Source: Trypanosoma brucei | Lineage: Eukaryota | DNA: 64,000 bases | Assembly (NCBI GenBank): GCA_000002445.1 | Contig: CH464491.1 | Coordinates: forward strand, 3,296,001-3,360,000 | Direction of reading: 5' to 3' | Part shown: in pieces, positions 44,059-55,900 of the stretch | Position numbering within the stretch: position 1 is the first letter of the stretch | Layout of the letters: the number at the start of each line of letters is the position of its first letter | The notes under the pieces: model-generated | What the model was told of the DNA's origin: nothing | Databases searched by the model: none | What the model saw: the letters and a program-made list of their open reading frames with translations, nothing else | Translations under genes and position numbers: made by a program

Positions 44059-46073
44059 GATGCCCCCCCCCACGTATATGCAGTCAACTAATTATAGGTA
44101 AATATACACAAACGAGAGTACACAGATGCGTGTTGCAAGTGCAATACACTCTTGATGAAGTCCACCTCCCAGCGTTACGCTACACGATTTCCTTTCTGTT
44201 TTTCCTTATCTTCTTTTTTCTTTTACTGTCCAGTCCTCGATTTCTCACTTTCCGCCAAATGTGCTCACGGAGCAACAGTGAGTTCCAAGGATCACGGAGG
44301 TAGACCACGAAAGGAAATATATATTTATATATATATATATATACGGCACCACTTAGGTGTTAATCTCCCGTACGCTTACTGAGACCACAAAACCGTGAGT
44401 TTCAACAGGTCCGACACACAACAAACCGAACAAAATTTTCTTTTCTATACTTTGCCGATAATTCTCTCCCGCGCCCTCTCGCTGCAGGAAAAGAAACTGC
44501 TGAGTGCCCCCTCACTTTACCTTTACACGTACGCACACTCAAACTTCAAATTCCGCCGAGCGTTTATTTTTGATGCTGCTTTGTGGGTGTGACAGGTAGG
44601 GTAAAGGGTACAAAACCTACGGCAACAGTAATGATAATAATAACAATAAATAACTGTGAAAATGACGAAACGAACGCAACAAAGGGGTTGAAGCACAGCA
44701 AGCACCAAGTCGAGGGCCCACTTGCTTCCAACTAATGCGGTGGTAAAAACAAAATATACGCTCCCTCTTTCCTTTCTCCCCGTCCCCGGCCTGGCACTTC
44801 AACCAGTCAATTATCTCTCTCCAATTCAATGGAACTCTCTACGTGCCCACCCTCGTTCGTCCCCTTTACGGGCCTGCGTGCAGCTTTCGTATCCGGTTGA
44901 ATTTTCGTGGACTCCAAACAGCAGGTCAAGTGTTCGTACCAAATATTCCCCTTATAATATATTTATATATTCCCTTTTTTCTTTTGTACACCGCTGACGG
45001 CGTTACTGGTGGATGGCAGGAAGAGCGAGTGGCACCGCCCCCTCACTGATTCCCCGCCGTTGCCTCTATGTTCTATTGCTTTTCCTCCCTTTATTTATCT
45101 TCTCTTGTTTTCTTTTGAATATGAAAATACCAATTACTCGTGATGCTACAGCCACTGTTAGGTGAAAGAAAGGTTTGCCCTTGCCTCCTTCTTTCCTCCT
45201 TCCTGTTCCCTTTTTTTCTTCTTTTTTTCCCCCTTCCTATAGGTGACAAGTTAATTTTTTTTTAAAAAAATAAGTAAATATGTAAACAATGCCTTCAACT
45301 TTTTGATTTGTTTGGTTCTTCTTTTTTTTTAAAAAAAAAAAAGATTAATCTTTGGAGGGGGTTAACCCGCTGAGGTGGTTGGAAAGGCAGCAAGAATTTG
45401 CACTCAAGGCCACAAGCGTAATGGGATCATGCAAATTCATGTGAACACTTAAATCGTCATAAAGGCAGTTGGGGGCCAAACAAAAACACGCAGGCACTTC
45501 TAGGCATGAATATATTTTAAATACATAAACACAAACACGCCATTAAAAATGGAATGCACACGAAACACACAATGCGGTTAACATTTTACAAGAGGAAACT
45601 GACGGGAAAAAAAAACGCAAATTGCACGTCACAAACCTGCAGCAGGGGCCGCACATTCTTAACACGATGGTTGCAAAATGCTCACACCTACATCAGGTAG
45701 TCATAATATGACTGCGGTGGTGAGGTCGCAGTTGAGGCCATATTATTTTTTAACACGCAACGTGGCAACGCTGCCCTCACACTTGTGCCGCAACTTGTGA
45801 AATAAGAGGAACACAAGAGATGGTAACAAAAAAAAAAAAACACTCAGCACTATAATCAAAAAAACGCACCAAACAAGCAGAAAAAAGAAAAATTATAAAA
45901 ATAAAGTAAACAACACAGCACGAAACGAAGTAGGAAGGTACATCTGCGTACATTACGAATTTTATGCACATACGGATATCGACCTGACGGTAAACATTAG
46001 TTCAATCCAAAACACAACCCTTAGAATTCCGATGGCATGTACCTTTATTGTAACCTCAGAAGCGAGGCGTATA

Positions 46074-46526
46074 TTAACCCGGTTTGTGGCAACAAGCGGC
46101 GAGACCGAAGCGGCAGTAATCATTCAACTCCGCTCGGATGCGGTTGCGCAAGGCGGTGAGCGAAATATCCATGCGGTCGTCCACAATATCAAAAGCTGCA
46201 TTCGAAGGCCTCCCCGCTTTGGGTTTGGGACCCGAAACCGCCGATGAGGTCGAGCGGTGACGACTACTTTTCCCCGATGTCGCACTAAACCCCTTTAATG
46301 AAGTGGTACCCGTTGGAGAAGGCGAGTTCCCGCCATTAAATCCACTAACTGAATTTGTTTCACCCCACGCAAGCCGCACCGACCGGTAACCGCAAAGGAG
46401 AGTCATTGATTCATTCAACAAATTCTCCACACGCTCCATAGAAGTGCGAATCCGATCAAACTCCGCCATGCACGGGGAGGGAAATGCCACCCGCAACGGA
46501 GTCCCGCCACCATGAAGGCAGCTCAT
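46074..46526 (-). CDS. Hypothetical protein, short paralog of 42580..44058
   Basis: Track ORF starts at TTG 46580. ATG 46526 lies just downstream of a polypyrimidine tract and AG (minus sense). Motifs MERVENLLNESMTLL and DIVDDRMDISLTALRNRIRAELNDY. Confidence 0.45.
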   Translation of the reverse strand: MSCLHGGGTPLRVAFPSPCMAEFDRIRTSMERVENLLNESMTLLCGYRSVRLAWGETNSVSGFNGGNSPSPTGTTSLKGFSATSGKSSRHRSTSSAVSGPKPKAGRPSNAAFDIVDDRMDISLTALRNRIRAELNDYCRFGLAACCHKPG

Positions 46527-46637
46527 TGTGGAATTGCACACACTAAAACCAGACACAGCAACCTCAAGCAAAGTAAACAAAATTGAAATTGAGGAAGGAA
46601 AAAAAAAAAGAAGCTTGCAACTCCTTGCTTAAATGAG

Positions 46638-46664
46638 CCACCACCACCACCACCACCACCACCT
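46638..46664. repeat. (CCA)9 microsatellite
   Basis: ccaccaccaccaccaccaccaccacc. Confidence 0.9.
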
Positions 46665-47161
46665 TCCAAACCCTAGAAGCTCCAGTCACACGAAGCGATG
46701 CCTTCACACGAGCCAATAAATATTCTATAGCGTATGAACAGACGAAACGGAGGAACTAAAACTAATAATAAAAATAAAAACAGAAACGCTCTTCCACAAG
46801 GGGAAATATCCCAACCCGGGGGGAAAAAAACGCTTCGGAGTGCTACTTGAGCCACGTCCCCGCCCCCTTCTTTCCTTCCCTTTGCCTTTTTAATTGGTTA
46901 TTTCCCCTTTCTTTCCCCCCCCCTTTTTTTTTTGAAAGATTGAAATTACTATTTGTATTAACCCTTGAAATCTACAGACGCCTGTCCGACAGAAAGAAAA
47001 AAAAAGATGATGGTTGGGGGAATGAAAAACTTTACAACAAACTTATAGTGAGTTTCACTGCCTTCTTTTTTTTATTATTATTTCCGGCACGCGCACTTCT
47101 TTGGTTTCGTTTTTATTTCGTTTTCCTTCCTTTTGTTTATAATTACGCGTCTTTGACGAGG

Positions 47162-47203
47162 TGCGTTTCAGTGGCAGCAACTTCCCTCTGCCACTGAAAC
47201 GCA
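47162..47203. other. Perfect 16-bp inverted repeat (hairpin, 10-nt loop) in an intergenic/UTR region
   Basis: tgcgtttcagtggcag-caacttccct-ctgccactgaaacgca; the arms are exact reverse complements. Confidence 0.8.
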
Positions 47204-47372
47204 GTACAGGCGCTGCTGAACTAATGCAAAAAAAAGAAAAAGAGCAAGCCTTGTAAATGAAGGAATACGAAATAAAACAAAACCAAAGAAGTGAAGCAGT
47301 TAGGAATCAGAAGGTAGCAAGACGGGATCCTGCAGAAGTGCTGGAAAGGAGTGGAATCACAAATAATAACAG

Positions 47373-47407
47373 CACACACACACACACACACACGGAGAGA
47401 GAGAGTA
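47373..47407. repeat. (CA)10 followed by (GA)7 compound microsatellite
   Basis: cacacacacacacacacacacggagagagagagag. Confidence 0.9.
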
Positions 47408-47893
47408 ATTTGTGGAAGGTAGAGAAAACAAAAAGAAAGCACCGCATAGCACAACCCTGGGTTCAGTGACGTCCTTGTCATGCAAGCAAACAAGAATATA
47501 TAAATAAGTATATGGTCGGTTACGGCACCTCGTAATTCATTCCCCACATCTTCACTTCTTTTTTATTTCCTCCCCTTCCATTTGATTCGGCTTTATTTGA
47601 CCAGCAGGAAGCACGTCTCTCTCTCTCTCACTCAACAACAGTTGGACATTCATTTTTTCTCTATGTGTTTTGCGCTCAAAAAAAAAACTCTATGTGCGCG
47701 CATGGGTTTCACCCGCCGCAAAATCCATCGTCGCTCCAGCAACAAGCATATGGGTGGGTGAGCATTTAAGCTCCACAGTGGTGCAGCATGCCCAAAAAAT
47801 TAAAAAAAAAACGACGAGAATGTTTTTAACCTAATGGAGAAATGTGCAGTAGAAACTAGACTCATATCATCGAACCAACATTCTGATGAAGCT

Positions 47894-48943
47894 TCACACA
47901 CGACACAAACCCGTATTTTCTTTTACGGTGTCGGTCCGCATGTGGCACTCGTTGTTGTAGCGGTGATGCAGCTCCTCCGCCTTTTTATGAACCTCCTCCA
48001 GAGACTCGTCAGCAGTCGTGTTCAAATTCCCCAGCACATAATACAGCGCCGGATCAATCATAAAGGCTTCAGAAGAAATTTTACCGCTTCCGAAGCTGCG
48101 GCAGTAGCGGTGGAATGCAAGAGATGTATAAAACCCTTTGGTACTGGGACACAACACCGCACTCTCAGAGTTGTCCCTCCTTGAATGTTCTGGTTGGCAA
48201 CGTAAATCGACCCTAGTGGAATCCCCACGACCGGAAAACATAAATTCCCGCACCCGCTGCCACTCATGTTGGCGCTCACATCGCTCATTCCATGCCGTAA
48301 CCCCGCGAAGGGTACCGCTACGAGTTAGATTCGCCACAAGGTTCATTTTCCAACTTTTAGAAGCAGCCGCTGCAGAGACTGCGTCGGGTACATTACCGCT
48401 CGGAACTACGGCGTCATATCGCCTGGGCACGCTGTCAAACCCCACCAATGATCTATCATCTCCAATATCCTCCTCTTTTCCCGCAAGGCTGCGGGTGGCC
48501 CGGCTGCGACGACGCGAAACCGATTTTCCCGATGCGCTGGACTGCAACCGTCGCAGTGCCCCAAGTCTGGTAGGGGCACGCTCCAAAGCTATGCGACTCT
48601 CCCATTCATCATCTGTTGCCCTCAAAAGCGCCTCCGTCCCAACGTCTTCCACATTAGTTAACCGCGCCAGCCTCTGAATCACAGCAGTTTTGCCATAACC
48701 AGACAATGGACTCACAGCGGGCTCATGATTATATGAGTGTGTGGAATCGTGCGCACGCTCATGTTGTTGCTGCCGATGCCTGCGCAGCAATTGCATGGCA
48801 AGCGAGCTCGCCTCCCCACACATGCCGCCACTCAGTGAAACAGCGGATTGCATTGATGACAATTGTGAAGGGCCCTCGGTAACGGTGGTATTGGCCCAAT
48901 GGCGACGCAGTACCCGACGGTAAACACAGCAGGTGCGTCTCAT
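47894..48943 (-). CDS. Hypothetical protein (start uncertain)
   Basis: Track ORF starts at TTG 48997; first ATG is at 48943, preceded by a T-run. 349 codons. A degenerate P-loop-like SPLSGYGKTAV is present, but no family is recognised. Confidence 0.45.
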   Translation of the reverse strand: MRRTCCVYRRVLRRHWANTTVTEGPSQLSSMQSAVSLSGGMCGEASSLAMQLLRRHRQQQHERAHDSTHSYNHEPAVSPLSGYGKTAVIQRLARLTNVEDVGTEALLRATDDEWESRIALERAPTRLGALRRLQSSASGKSVSRRRSRATRSLAGKEEDIGDDRSLVGFDSVPRRYDAVVPSGNVPDAVSAAAASKSWKMNLVANLTRSGTLRGVTAWNERCERQHEWQRVREFMFSGRGDSTRVDLRCQPEHSRRDNSESAVLCPSTKGFYTSLAFHRYCRSFGSGKISSEAFMIDPALYYVLGNLNTTADESLEEVHKKAEELHHRYNNECHMRTDTVKENTGLCRV

Positions 48944-49259
48944 CAAAAAAAAAAAATAGTGAGGGGAGTCTGTTGATGGAGAGAAGAGCAAAAACAAACA
49001 AGAAAAAAAGGTAACAGAAATAAAAGTAACAGGAAAATCGACTGACAGAGAGCATCAGAGTAACCTGCAGACGAAAACGCGGGAAGACCGCTGCACGTGG
49101 TAGCAGAGAAGGGGGCGCGATCTTTACTCCCGACATGAACTGAAAGAACCTTCGTATCTGTGCCTGCATGAACCCGTTGCAATAAAATGATGCATACAGA
49201 CACAGTTCGTGGATGCGACGTGTGCCTTCACGTACGGGGGAGAACCCATTTCCCAAAGC

Positions 49260-50093
49260 TTACTGCCTTCCCGTTGCATCACCACGACGGTGGCCTCCCC
49301 ATTGTTGGGGTTTCTGCTTCTTGGGGCAGTCACGGACCTCATGCCCCTCTTCTCCACAGAAAAAGCAGCACTTCCGCGCGGCACGTCCATCGCTCTGGAA
49401 GTACAACTGTTCTCCAGGTTCCTGGAGAGCCATCAGCAACCGCCGGAGCAAACCACTTTGCATACCCGGACAGTTAGGTGACAGATGCCCCGGATCAAAG
49501 CAACGGTAACATGTGGCATTTTTGTTGAAAGATGGATCGTCTGCCCGCTCGATCAGCATCCGCTGCCGCAGCCGCTCACTAACGTCATTACGGTTGTAAA
49601 GCTGCTGTACGGGGTGGCCCAAAGCACACTTCGGCCCCAACGGACAAAATCCTGTGAGGTAAAAGACACACGGTGGGCGGAAGACGTGCCGCAGCCGGCA
49701 CTTGGGACCTAATGGACAAAAACCTCGGCGGTAAGCGGCGCATTCCGGCTGCCGCTCCACCTGCACGACGTGCTGGAATGGACACTCCGGATTGGAACAT
49801 TCACCGAGACGCTGATAAAAGGCACATGCAGGGACATAACGATCGTCGTATTCATGCAAATATACACAATTTTCACCGTTCACGCAGGCGCCGCGAAGCC
49901 AATGCTTGCAGACCTCCAAACGCATGGACTTAAATTGGGAGAGAACATGCCGCTCAGGGCACGCCGCACCGTTTCGACACTTGCCATGTTGGAACGGCTG
50001 ACAAATTTCAGACCGCTTCGCCGTAGCGGGGGCCTCGACTGGAAGGGTATCCTCGAAGGCAAGTGACGTGTGGGCAGCGTTGTCAGTAAACAT
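49260..50093 (-). CDS. CPSF30: Cleavage and polyadenylation specificity factor 30-kDa subunit (CPSF30)-like CCCH zinc-finger protein
   Basis: Track ORF starts at TTG 50138; ATG is at 50093. Five tandem CX7-8CX4-5CX3H fingers (CQPFQHGKCRNGAACPERH, CKHWLRGACVNGENCVYLH, CAFYQRLGECSNPECPFQH, CAAYRRGFCPLGPKCRLRH, CVFYLTGFCPLGPKCALGH). Two CCHC zinc knuckles (CYRCFDPGHLSPNC, CFFCGEEGHEVRDC). Confidence 0.75.
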   Translation of the reverse strand: MFTDNAAHTSLAFEDTLPVEAPATAKRSEICQPFQHGKCRNGAACPERHVLSQFKSMRLEVCKHWLRGACVNGENCVYLHEYDDRYVPACAFYQRLGECSNPECPFQHVVQVERQPECAAYRRGFCPLGPKCRLRHVFRPPCVFYLTGFCPLGPKCALGHPVQQLYNRNDVSERLRQRMLIERADDPSFNKNATCYRCFDPGHLSPNCPGMQSGLLRRLLMALQEPGEQLYFQSDGRAARKCCFFCGEEGHEVRDCPKKQKPQQWGGHRRGDATGRQ

Positions 50094-50562
50094 GACGAAC
50101 CACCGTAACTGAATAAGGGTGATGCAGGGGATAATCAAGTGGTACCCCCTCCTGCTGCTTCCACCCTTTACCCTCTGCTACAAACTACTACTTTCGCTCA
50201 GGTGGAAAAGAGGAAAGGGTTGAAGGAAGAAACAATGCACAGTCCACGCGCACTGTCCACTCAACAGCAACCACATGCGAAAGAGATGGAGAAATAAGCA
50301 ACAGCGAGTTTAGAGGTGGGAATGTGAGAAATTAACGGAGGTTGTTCGAGCCTCCGCTGCGCAACTCTTTGCAGTTCCAGAGAAGTGAGTTCACAAACAG
50401 CGGCCAGCCGTGGTAGCGGGCAAACAGGAAGCGAATTAAAAAAAGAGCGAAAAAGCCAGATAATAGCAGAAGCACCCTCTACAACCACTTAAACGATGCC
50501 GGAAGCACACAACCGAACTCCACAAGCCCTCTGTTCTTTTTAAGAATGCACGACGATAAAAA

Positions 50563-51345
50563 TCATTCCCTTACAGTCGGTTTAGTGGGTTGATCAAACG
50601 CTGCCGGAGCACTGCAAAGGAAATAGCGGCAGAAAAATTCCTCCAGCTCCAAATCCGCAAGAGCATCGGCACCGTCCTTAACCCCACCGGATGAATCCCC
50701 GCAAGGGACTTTCACCCCATCACATCCGCACATCACCTGAACTGCGCTGCGGAGAGTCTCCGCAGACAACACTTCAACATGCACCTCATCTGTCGTTTGG
50801 CAACCGCCCATGCCGGAAGCACCACTGCTGTTAACGCCGTTTATTGCACAATCAAATGCACCTCGATAACGAAGCAGCCCACACTGACCCTCAAGTGGGC
50901 GGTCTCGGACCTCGAGGTATCGTATGATGTTTGATCGGAGGTAACACTGCATGCGTCTCATTGTCGTGCTGGCGAAAGACCAGACGCCATCCTCGCAGTT
51001 TGCAACAAAATCTAACCGCTTCAACAACTCATCCAACACCCTATCCAGCAACCGCCAATTTGGCAAACATCGCGGCGACTCCGCAATCTGGATACAACAT
51101 ATGTTCCTCACGACAAACATCAGCGTCTCACTCCCCGCCTTTCCCGTCATTTCGACAGACCCCTCCTGCAGTAGCGCTGCACAGCCCAGCTTCGCCCAAT
51201 ACAACATACAGTGGTGGTACACCAATGCGGGCATAACTGATACCATCTCGAAGGACTTCTGACCACCTGGGAATGGCAAAAGGCCACTTTCAAACCATTT
51301 CTGGGCGTCGGCACCGTTGCGGCCGTGCAAAGACAAAATTGTCAT
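50563..51345 (-). CDS. Hypothetical protein (start uncertain; the ORF is open up to 51528 but from a TTG)
   Basis: First in-frame ATG is at 51345. A polypyrimidine tract (minus sense) sits about 450-600 nt further upstream at ~51800-51950. Cys-rich C-terminal half. No family recognised. Confidence 0.35.
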   Translation of the reverse strand: MTILSLHGRNGADAQKWFESGLLPFPGGQKSFEMVSVMPALVYHHCMLYWAKLGCAALLQEGSVEMTGKAGSETLMFVVRNICCIQIAESPRCLPNWRLLDRVLDELLKRLDFVANCEDGVWSFASTTMRRMQCYLRSNIIRYLEVRDRPLEGQCGLLRYRGAFDCAINGVNSSGASGMGGCQTTDEVHVEVLSAETLRSAVQVMCGCDGVKVPCGDSSGGVKDGADALADLELEEFFCRYFLCSAPAAFDQPTKPTVRE

Positions 51346-52950
51346 GGAGGCCTCTTGCCAGTCACGCTGCACCGCAACCGACGAAGCCGCTAATGTGTGC
51401 CGCTCGATCAATTTGTATGCGCTGTCAACATTGCCGTGCAGAAACACTAGGCGCCTGGCGGTGGCCAGAACGTTTGCATGTGGATCGTGGTGCCGTGGCC
51501 GCAGCCGGTCGTCCTCTACACAAGGCAAGAACGCCAGCCTTCACTCCTTCTCTTACCTCCGCTAGGCCACACTAAATATGTTCGTCACTACGTCCTTAAT
51601 GCAGTAAGCTGTCAAAAACGGCGACCACTCACTTTCAGATTTTCCTTCACGGTGCTGCGATTACCTATGCTTGACGTAGACGAGTCCGAGTAAAAAGAAA
51701 CTGGTACCAGCACACCTGAGGTCACCCCCCTCCCCCCCACAACCGCAGGAGTTCGTCAAAAAAGCGTAAAGGTAGAGCAAGAGTCTATGGAAAGTGTCGA
51801 TAGGAAAGGCAAAGTGAATAAACTAATATATATATATATATGCCCGACTAAATCTGGCTTTGAAAAGAAAATTAAAAGAGAAACACGCAAGAGGAAGAGT
51901 GAGAAAGAAAGAGGAGGACGATTAAATGATTTGGGCGAAACCGGGATAAAAGATGGCATTCGGACATATAAATATCGAACGCTTTGGAGGCCATAGTGGC
52001 AAAAGTTAATTAGGTGTGACCAAGTTGCGAGAGGGGTGTTCTACCACTATGGACTTGCCCACTATCTGTTCAGACGTGTACCTTAAAGTCAGATGTAGGG
52101 AAGAGCGAACGCTGGTGGGGTAGCAATTGGCACCTTTCTTTTTTAGGGGAGGAGCATAATAAAAGCCCCCCTCTCTCGCTCCTTCCAAATCATATGTGTT
52201 CGGGAAGGTAAATATAAACACATGTGCAGACACGATAGGCACAATTGCAGTTAACGTCACTATCTCACCGACACATCTCTGCACTCTTTCTACAAACTAT
52301 TGAAAAAAGTGATGGAGAAAATAAGGTGGAATACGAGCCGAGTATGCTGCGGCAGCGTCTGCAACCACTGTTATCACATCCATCATTCGTATGACTAATC
52401 ACTTATTTGTTTGCACTCCTCCCCTTCATCAACTTCAAGTATTCAAAATTCGCTTTCAGAGGCGAAAGAAAATGCAGTAATGAACGAACACAAACTTTAT
52501 GGTGAGAGGCAAAACACCACCCGCCAACGACCCATACAGTTCCCCACGGTTACCCCTACACATCAAGGAGGCGGCACACAGCACATACGGTGTATAAAAT
52601 AGCGTATACATTTGCGCATGATTGCGCATTTATAACGTTGCTGTTGCGCTGCATTGTGATACCTCCATGCGGAATGGCTCAATGCAGCCTCATCCGTTTG
52701 TCATTTTGCCGACTCTTTTCTGGGGCGAGTCTCTCCGATCCACCACTAAATACCCTAATCGCGTCCCGCCACGGCAAATAATGATATGAACCATTCAACA
52801 GCCAATAGCACATTCGATACGACACGTAAATTAAGCATACACACATCAACAACAACAACGACGCACACACACATATACATACACGCGTATACATCTCCCT
52901 TCCTCATCGTTTATGTGCCCGTACCGGCACTGGCACATTCCAGCACGTTT

Positions 52951-55900
52951 TTAAAGGAGTCGAAGGTCCCGCCGCTTCATTTCACTGACCACAGTAAACT
53001 CCACATTCCACCTCGACCGAATCCACAAGGAAAGCAAAAAATGCGCCAAGTCGTCATTAAGGGTTAACTGGCGCGAGGTGTAGCCACGCACTGCAGGTCG
53101 ACCATACTCGTCGGCGTAAGGACCCGCTAGAACAACAACTTGAGACCTTCTAGTTTCGAGCACGTATATACGATTGTCTTCGGGACTCATGTAAACACCA
53201 AGGCCACTGCCACACGAGAGGGCATGAATGTAAAGCTCCGGTGGCCTTTGTGATGGTCTCAAGCAAAAGAGTTTGCCACAGAAGCAGCACAGGAGACGAT
53301 TCCCTTCTGTATCGCCACACATGCTACAAGGTTCATTGGGGTTGAGGCTGAGGAGTAATTGGGCGTGGGCATCAGGAAGGTGCAACACACGATTCATTAA
53401 GAACCGCTTCCACAATAAGGCCCCTTCATACACAACACCCAACGGTTTGAAACGAGGCGCGTCATCAAGAAGAGACACGTCGCGGCAACGGTGCAGTAAA
53501 CTAAGCGGGGTTCCTTTGATCATCTTCTCATTCCCTTCCGAGACCGCTTTGTGAATTAGCGAGACCAAGGCCTCCGAGGCTTTTGTATGTCCCCACTCGC
53601 AGTTTTGAAGCGGTTTCTGCAACAAATAGCACAACATGGTGAAAACAGCTTGGCTCTGACCCTCCAACGTTGCAAGCTCTTCCGACTGAAACGGAATGAA
53701 TACAACCTTATCGTCACCGATCTGTACCACCTCAGATGGTGTATTGTCGGTCAGCAACGCCTTGAGAAGCGTAAGGCACCCCAACTCACGCCATACAGAC
53801 ATAAGAAGTCCACTGTGAGCGCCTTGGCCATCATCGTCGACGGGCCCCGAGGTGAGGGCAGAGCAATCACTCGAATGCAGTAAGAGTGTCGTGTACTGAG
53901 CCACGTACTCTGCCGCGTCTGAGGGATGCAGTAGTGCATTTAGAATAAGTACGCAAAAATTATCATCAACATCGTGACAGGAAAGTTCCGCACAAGCATG
54001 GGAAATAGTCCCTTCAAGTAATATTGGCTCCAGTGATATCATGAGGGAGAGGAGGGTGAGCAGCTCATTGTACAGCACAGCACCTCCAACCTTCACCCAC
54101 TCGAGCGCTACGCACATTTGCGCACGAACACTTCGAGCAACCTCGACAACCTCTCGAATGTTCTTATTTTCGTCCCGCGGTTGCTTCCGCACACTCCGCG
54201 ATTCATTCCCGCTGCCATCACAGGAAGAATTGGTAACAGCTACGCTAGAAATGTCACACCACAAACTCTGCAGTGCACCTCGGGCGGCCTCGTCAGAGCT
54301 GACAGCACGTAACGAACTCTCCCGTACCATCTCAAACAGGGAAGATGCCTCTCCCGTCGCCACATTCGCAGGTGGCACGGGGCACGGGCAGAGCGTGGTG
54401 CAAACCATGAGGCACATTGGACAGCTGAAATCGTTGCGAGTAACCGCTGCAGGCAACCGGTCCATGTCTGGCGTGTTTTGCAAAGTGGAGGCCATTCGAC
54501 CAAATATCCTCTTCACACAACTCATGTGGGCGGCATGTCCACAGAGGTAAAAATGAGTGCTTAGCTTGCGCTTTTGAGGTTGTTGCTGGTGGGAGTCGAC
54601 CCCTGTGTCGTCAAATCGAAGGCGGTCAAGCACATCAGACACAGAAACGTTTCCGAAAAGAGCAAGCGATCCCCTCGCATGATCCCGGCATATGCAACAA
54701 TCCATGCTTCGGATACGCTGCAGTATTGGGTTGGCCACCGAAGAATGGCTGCCACCTTCACACACAGAAGGTTTCACACCCGGTGCAGGTGCGTCTTGTG
54801 TTGCATAAAAGCCAAACCTCGAAGGATCAGAGAGCATGGCAAAACTTTTCTTCGCGTTAATCGCTTTCATACGCTTCAAAAGCGCTGACTGCTTCCCCTT
54901 GACGTCCGGTCGGCAGCACTCACCCTCTCCACGCTGCGACTCCCCAACCGCTGGCTTGTCTGCCCCAACCGAAAGGGAAGGTTCACTCATGCCTTGAAGT
55001 ATAAACTCTACCATTCCAACAATACCAAATATATCCTTCGTTACCTCACGGAAACGGGTGCGTAGTTTGCGTAGCGCATCCACTGTTGTAGTCGCGGACG
55101 CTGTCGACACCGGTGAACGGCCCGCCCCAAAAACTAAATCCGCTTCCACAGGAACTTCAAGGGCTTCCTTAAGGTTCCTCGCGTTGAGAAGACCTTCCAC
55201 ACCGAGCAGCTGGTTGAGTTGTTGCGGAGCGTGTATCGGTGGGGATGAATTTTTTTTATGAAACTTACCAACCGCATCCCAATCCACCACAGTAGCAGCA
55301 GATCCACCTGACGCACCAGCACCAATGATTGTGCATGCCCTCATTGCAAGGTACAGCAAAGAGATGGCATGCGCCAACGTAATGATACTTACCGTCCCCT
55401 CAGACCCCGAACAGCCCTCCAGCCCGTCAAACATGTATCCGTGAACTGCACGTATGGCAACGCTAAGCACACAAGGATCCTGTAGCAGTAGAAACACCTT
55501 GTCACGGAATACGGCGGCACGACGAGCCTCCCACGACCCTTCCTCAGGCCGCTCAGTCACTTCAACCCATCGTATGTTAGGTGGAGGGAACACCGCCGGT
55601 GCATCGTTAGAGTCTCCCTCCCCCCCACTGTCGGTTCCCATCCGCTTCCTCCGCACTAAACGGTCGTAGAGATCGCACATATCAGGTAAATGGTGGTCCC
55701 GAAGTGATGGATGATAAAGGTTTATGTACGACCGCCACGTGCAAACATCCTTGAACTGAACCACCGCCCTCTTCCGGCTTTTCACTGTCGTGGTCACTTC
55801 TCTAAAAATTAATGGAAGCAATTCATCAAGGTTGATGCCGGGTAAAGCATGTTCCAACTCACTGGCTACCCTCTCCAGGTCGTCAAGGGAGTGACCGCGG

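Noticed and set aside
47894-48997. Track start codons (TTG/GTG) for many ORFs, e.g. 48997, 50138, 51528, 58584, 61975, 17450, 15866, 39617
   Set aside because: The ORF finder allowed alternative initiators. Several N-terminal extensions run through polypyrimidine tracts (e.g. MFSFLFFLESFFLYYNFLF). Starts were moved to the first ATG downstream of the splice signal.
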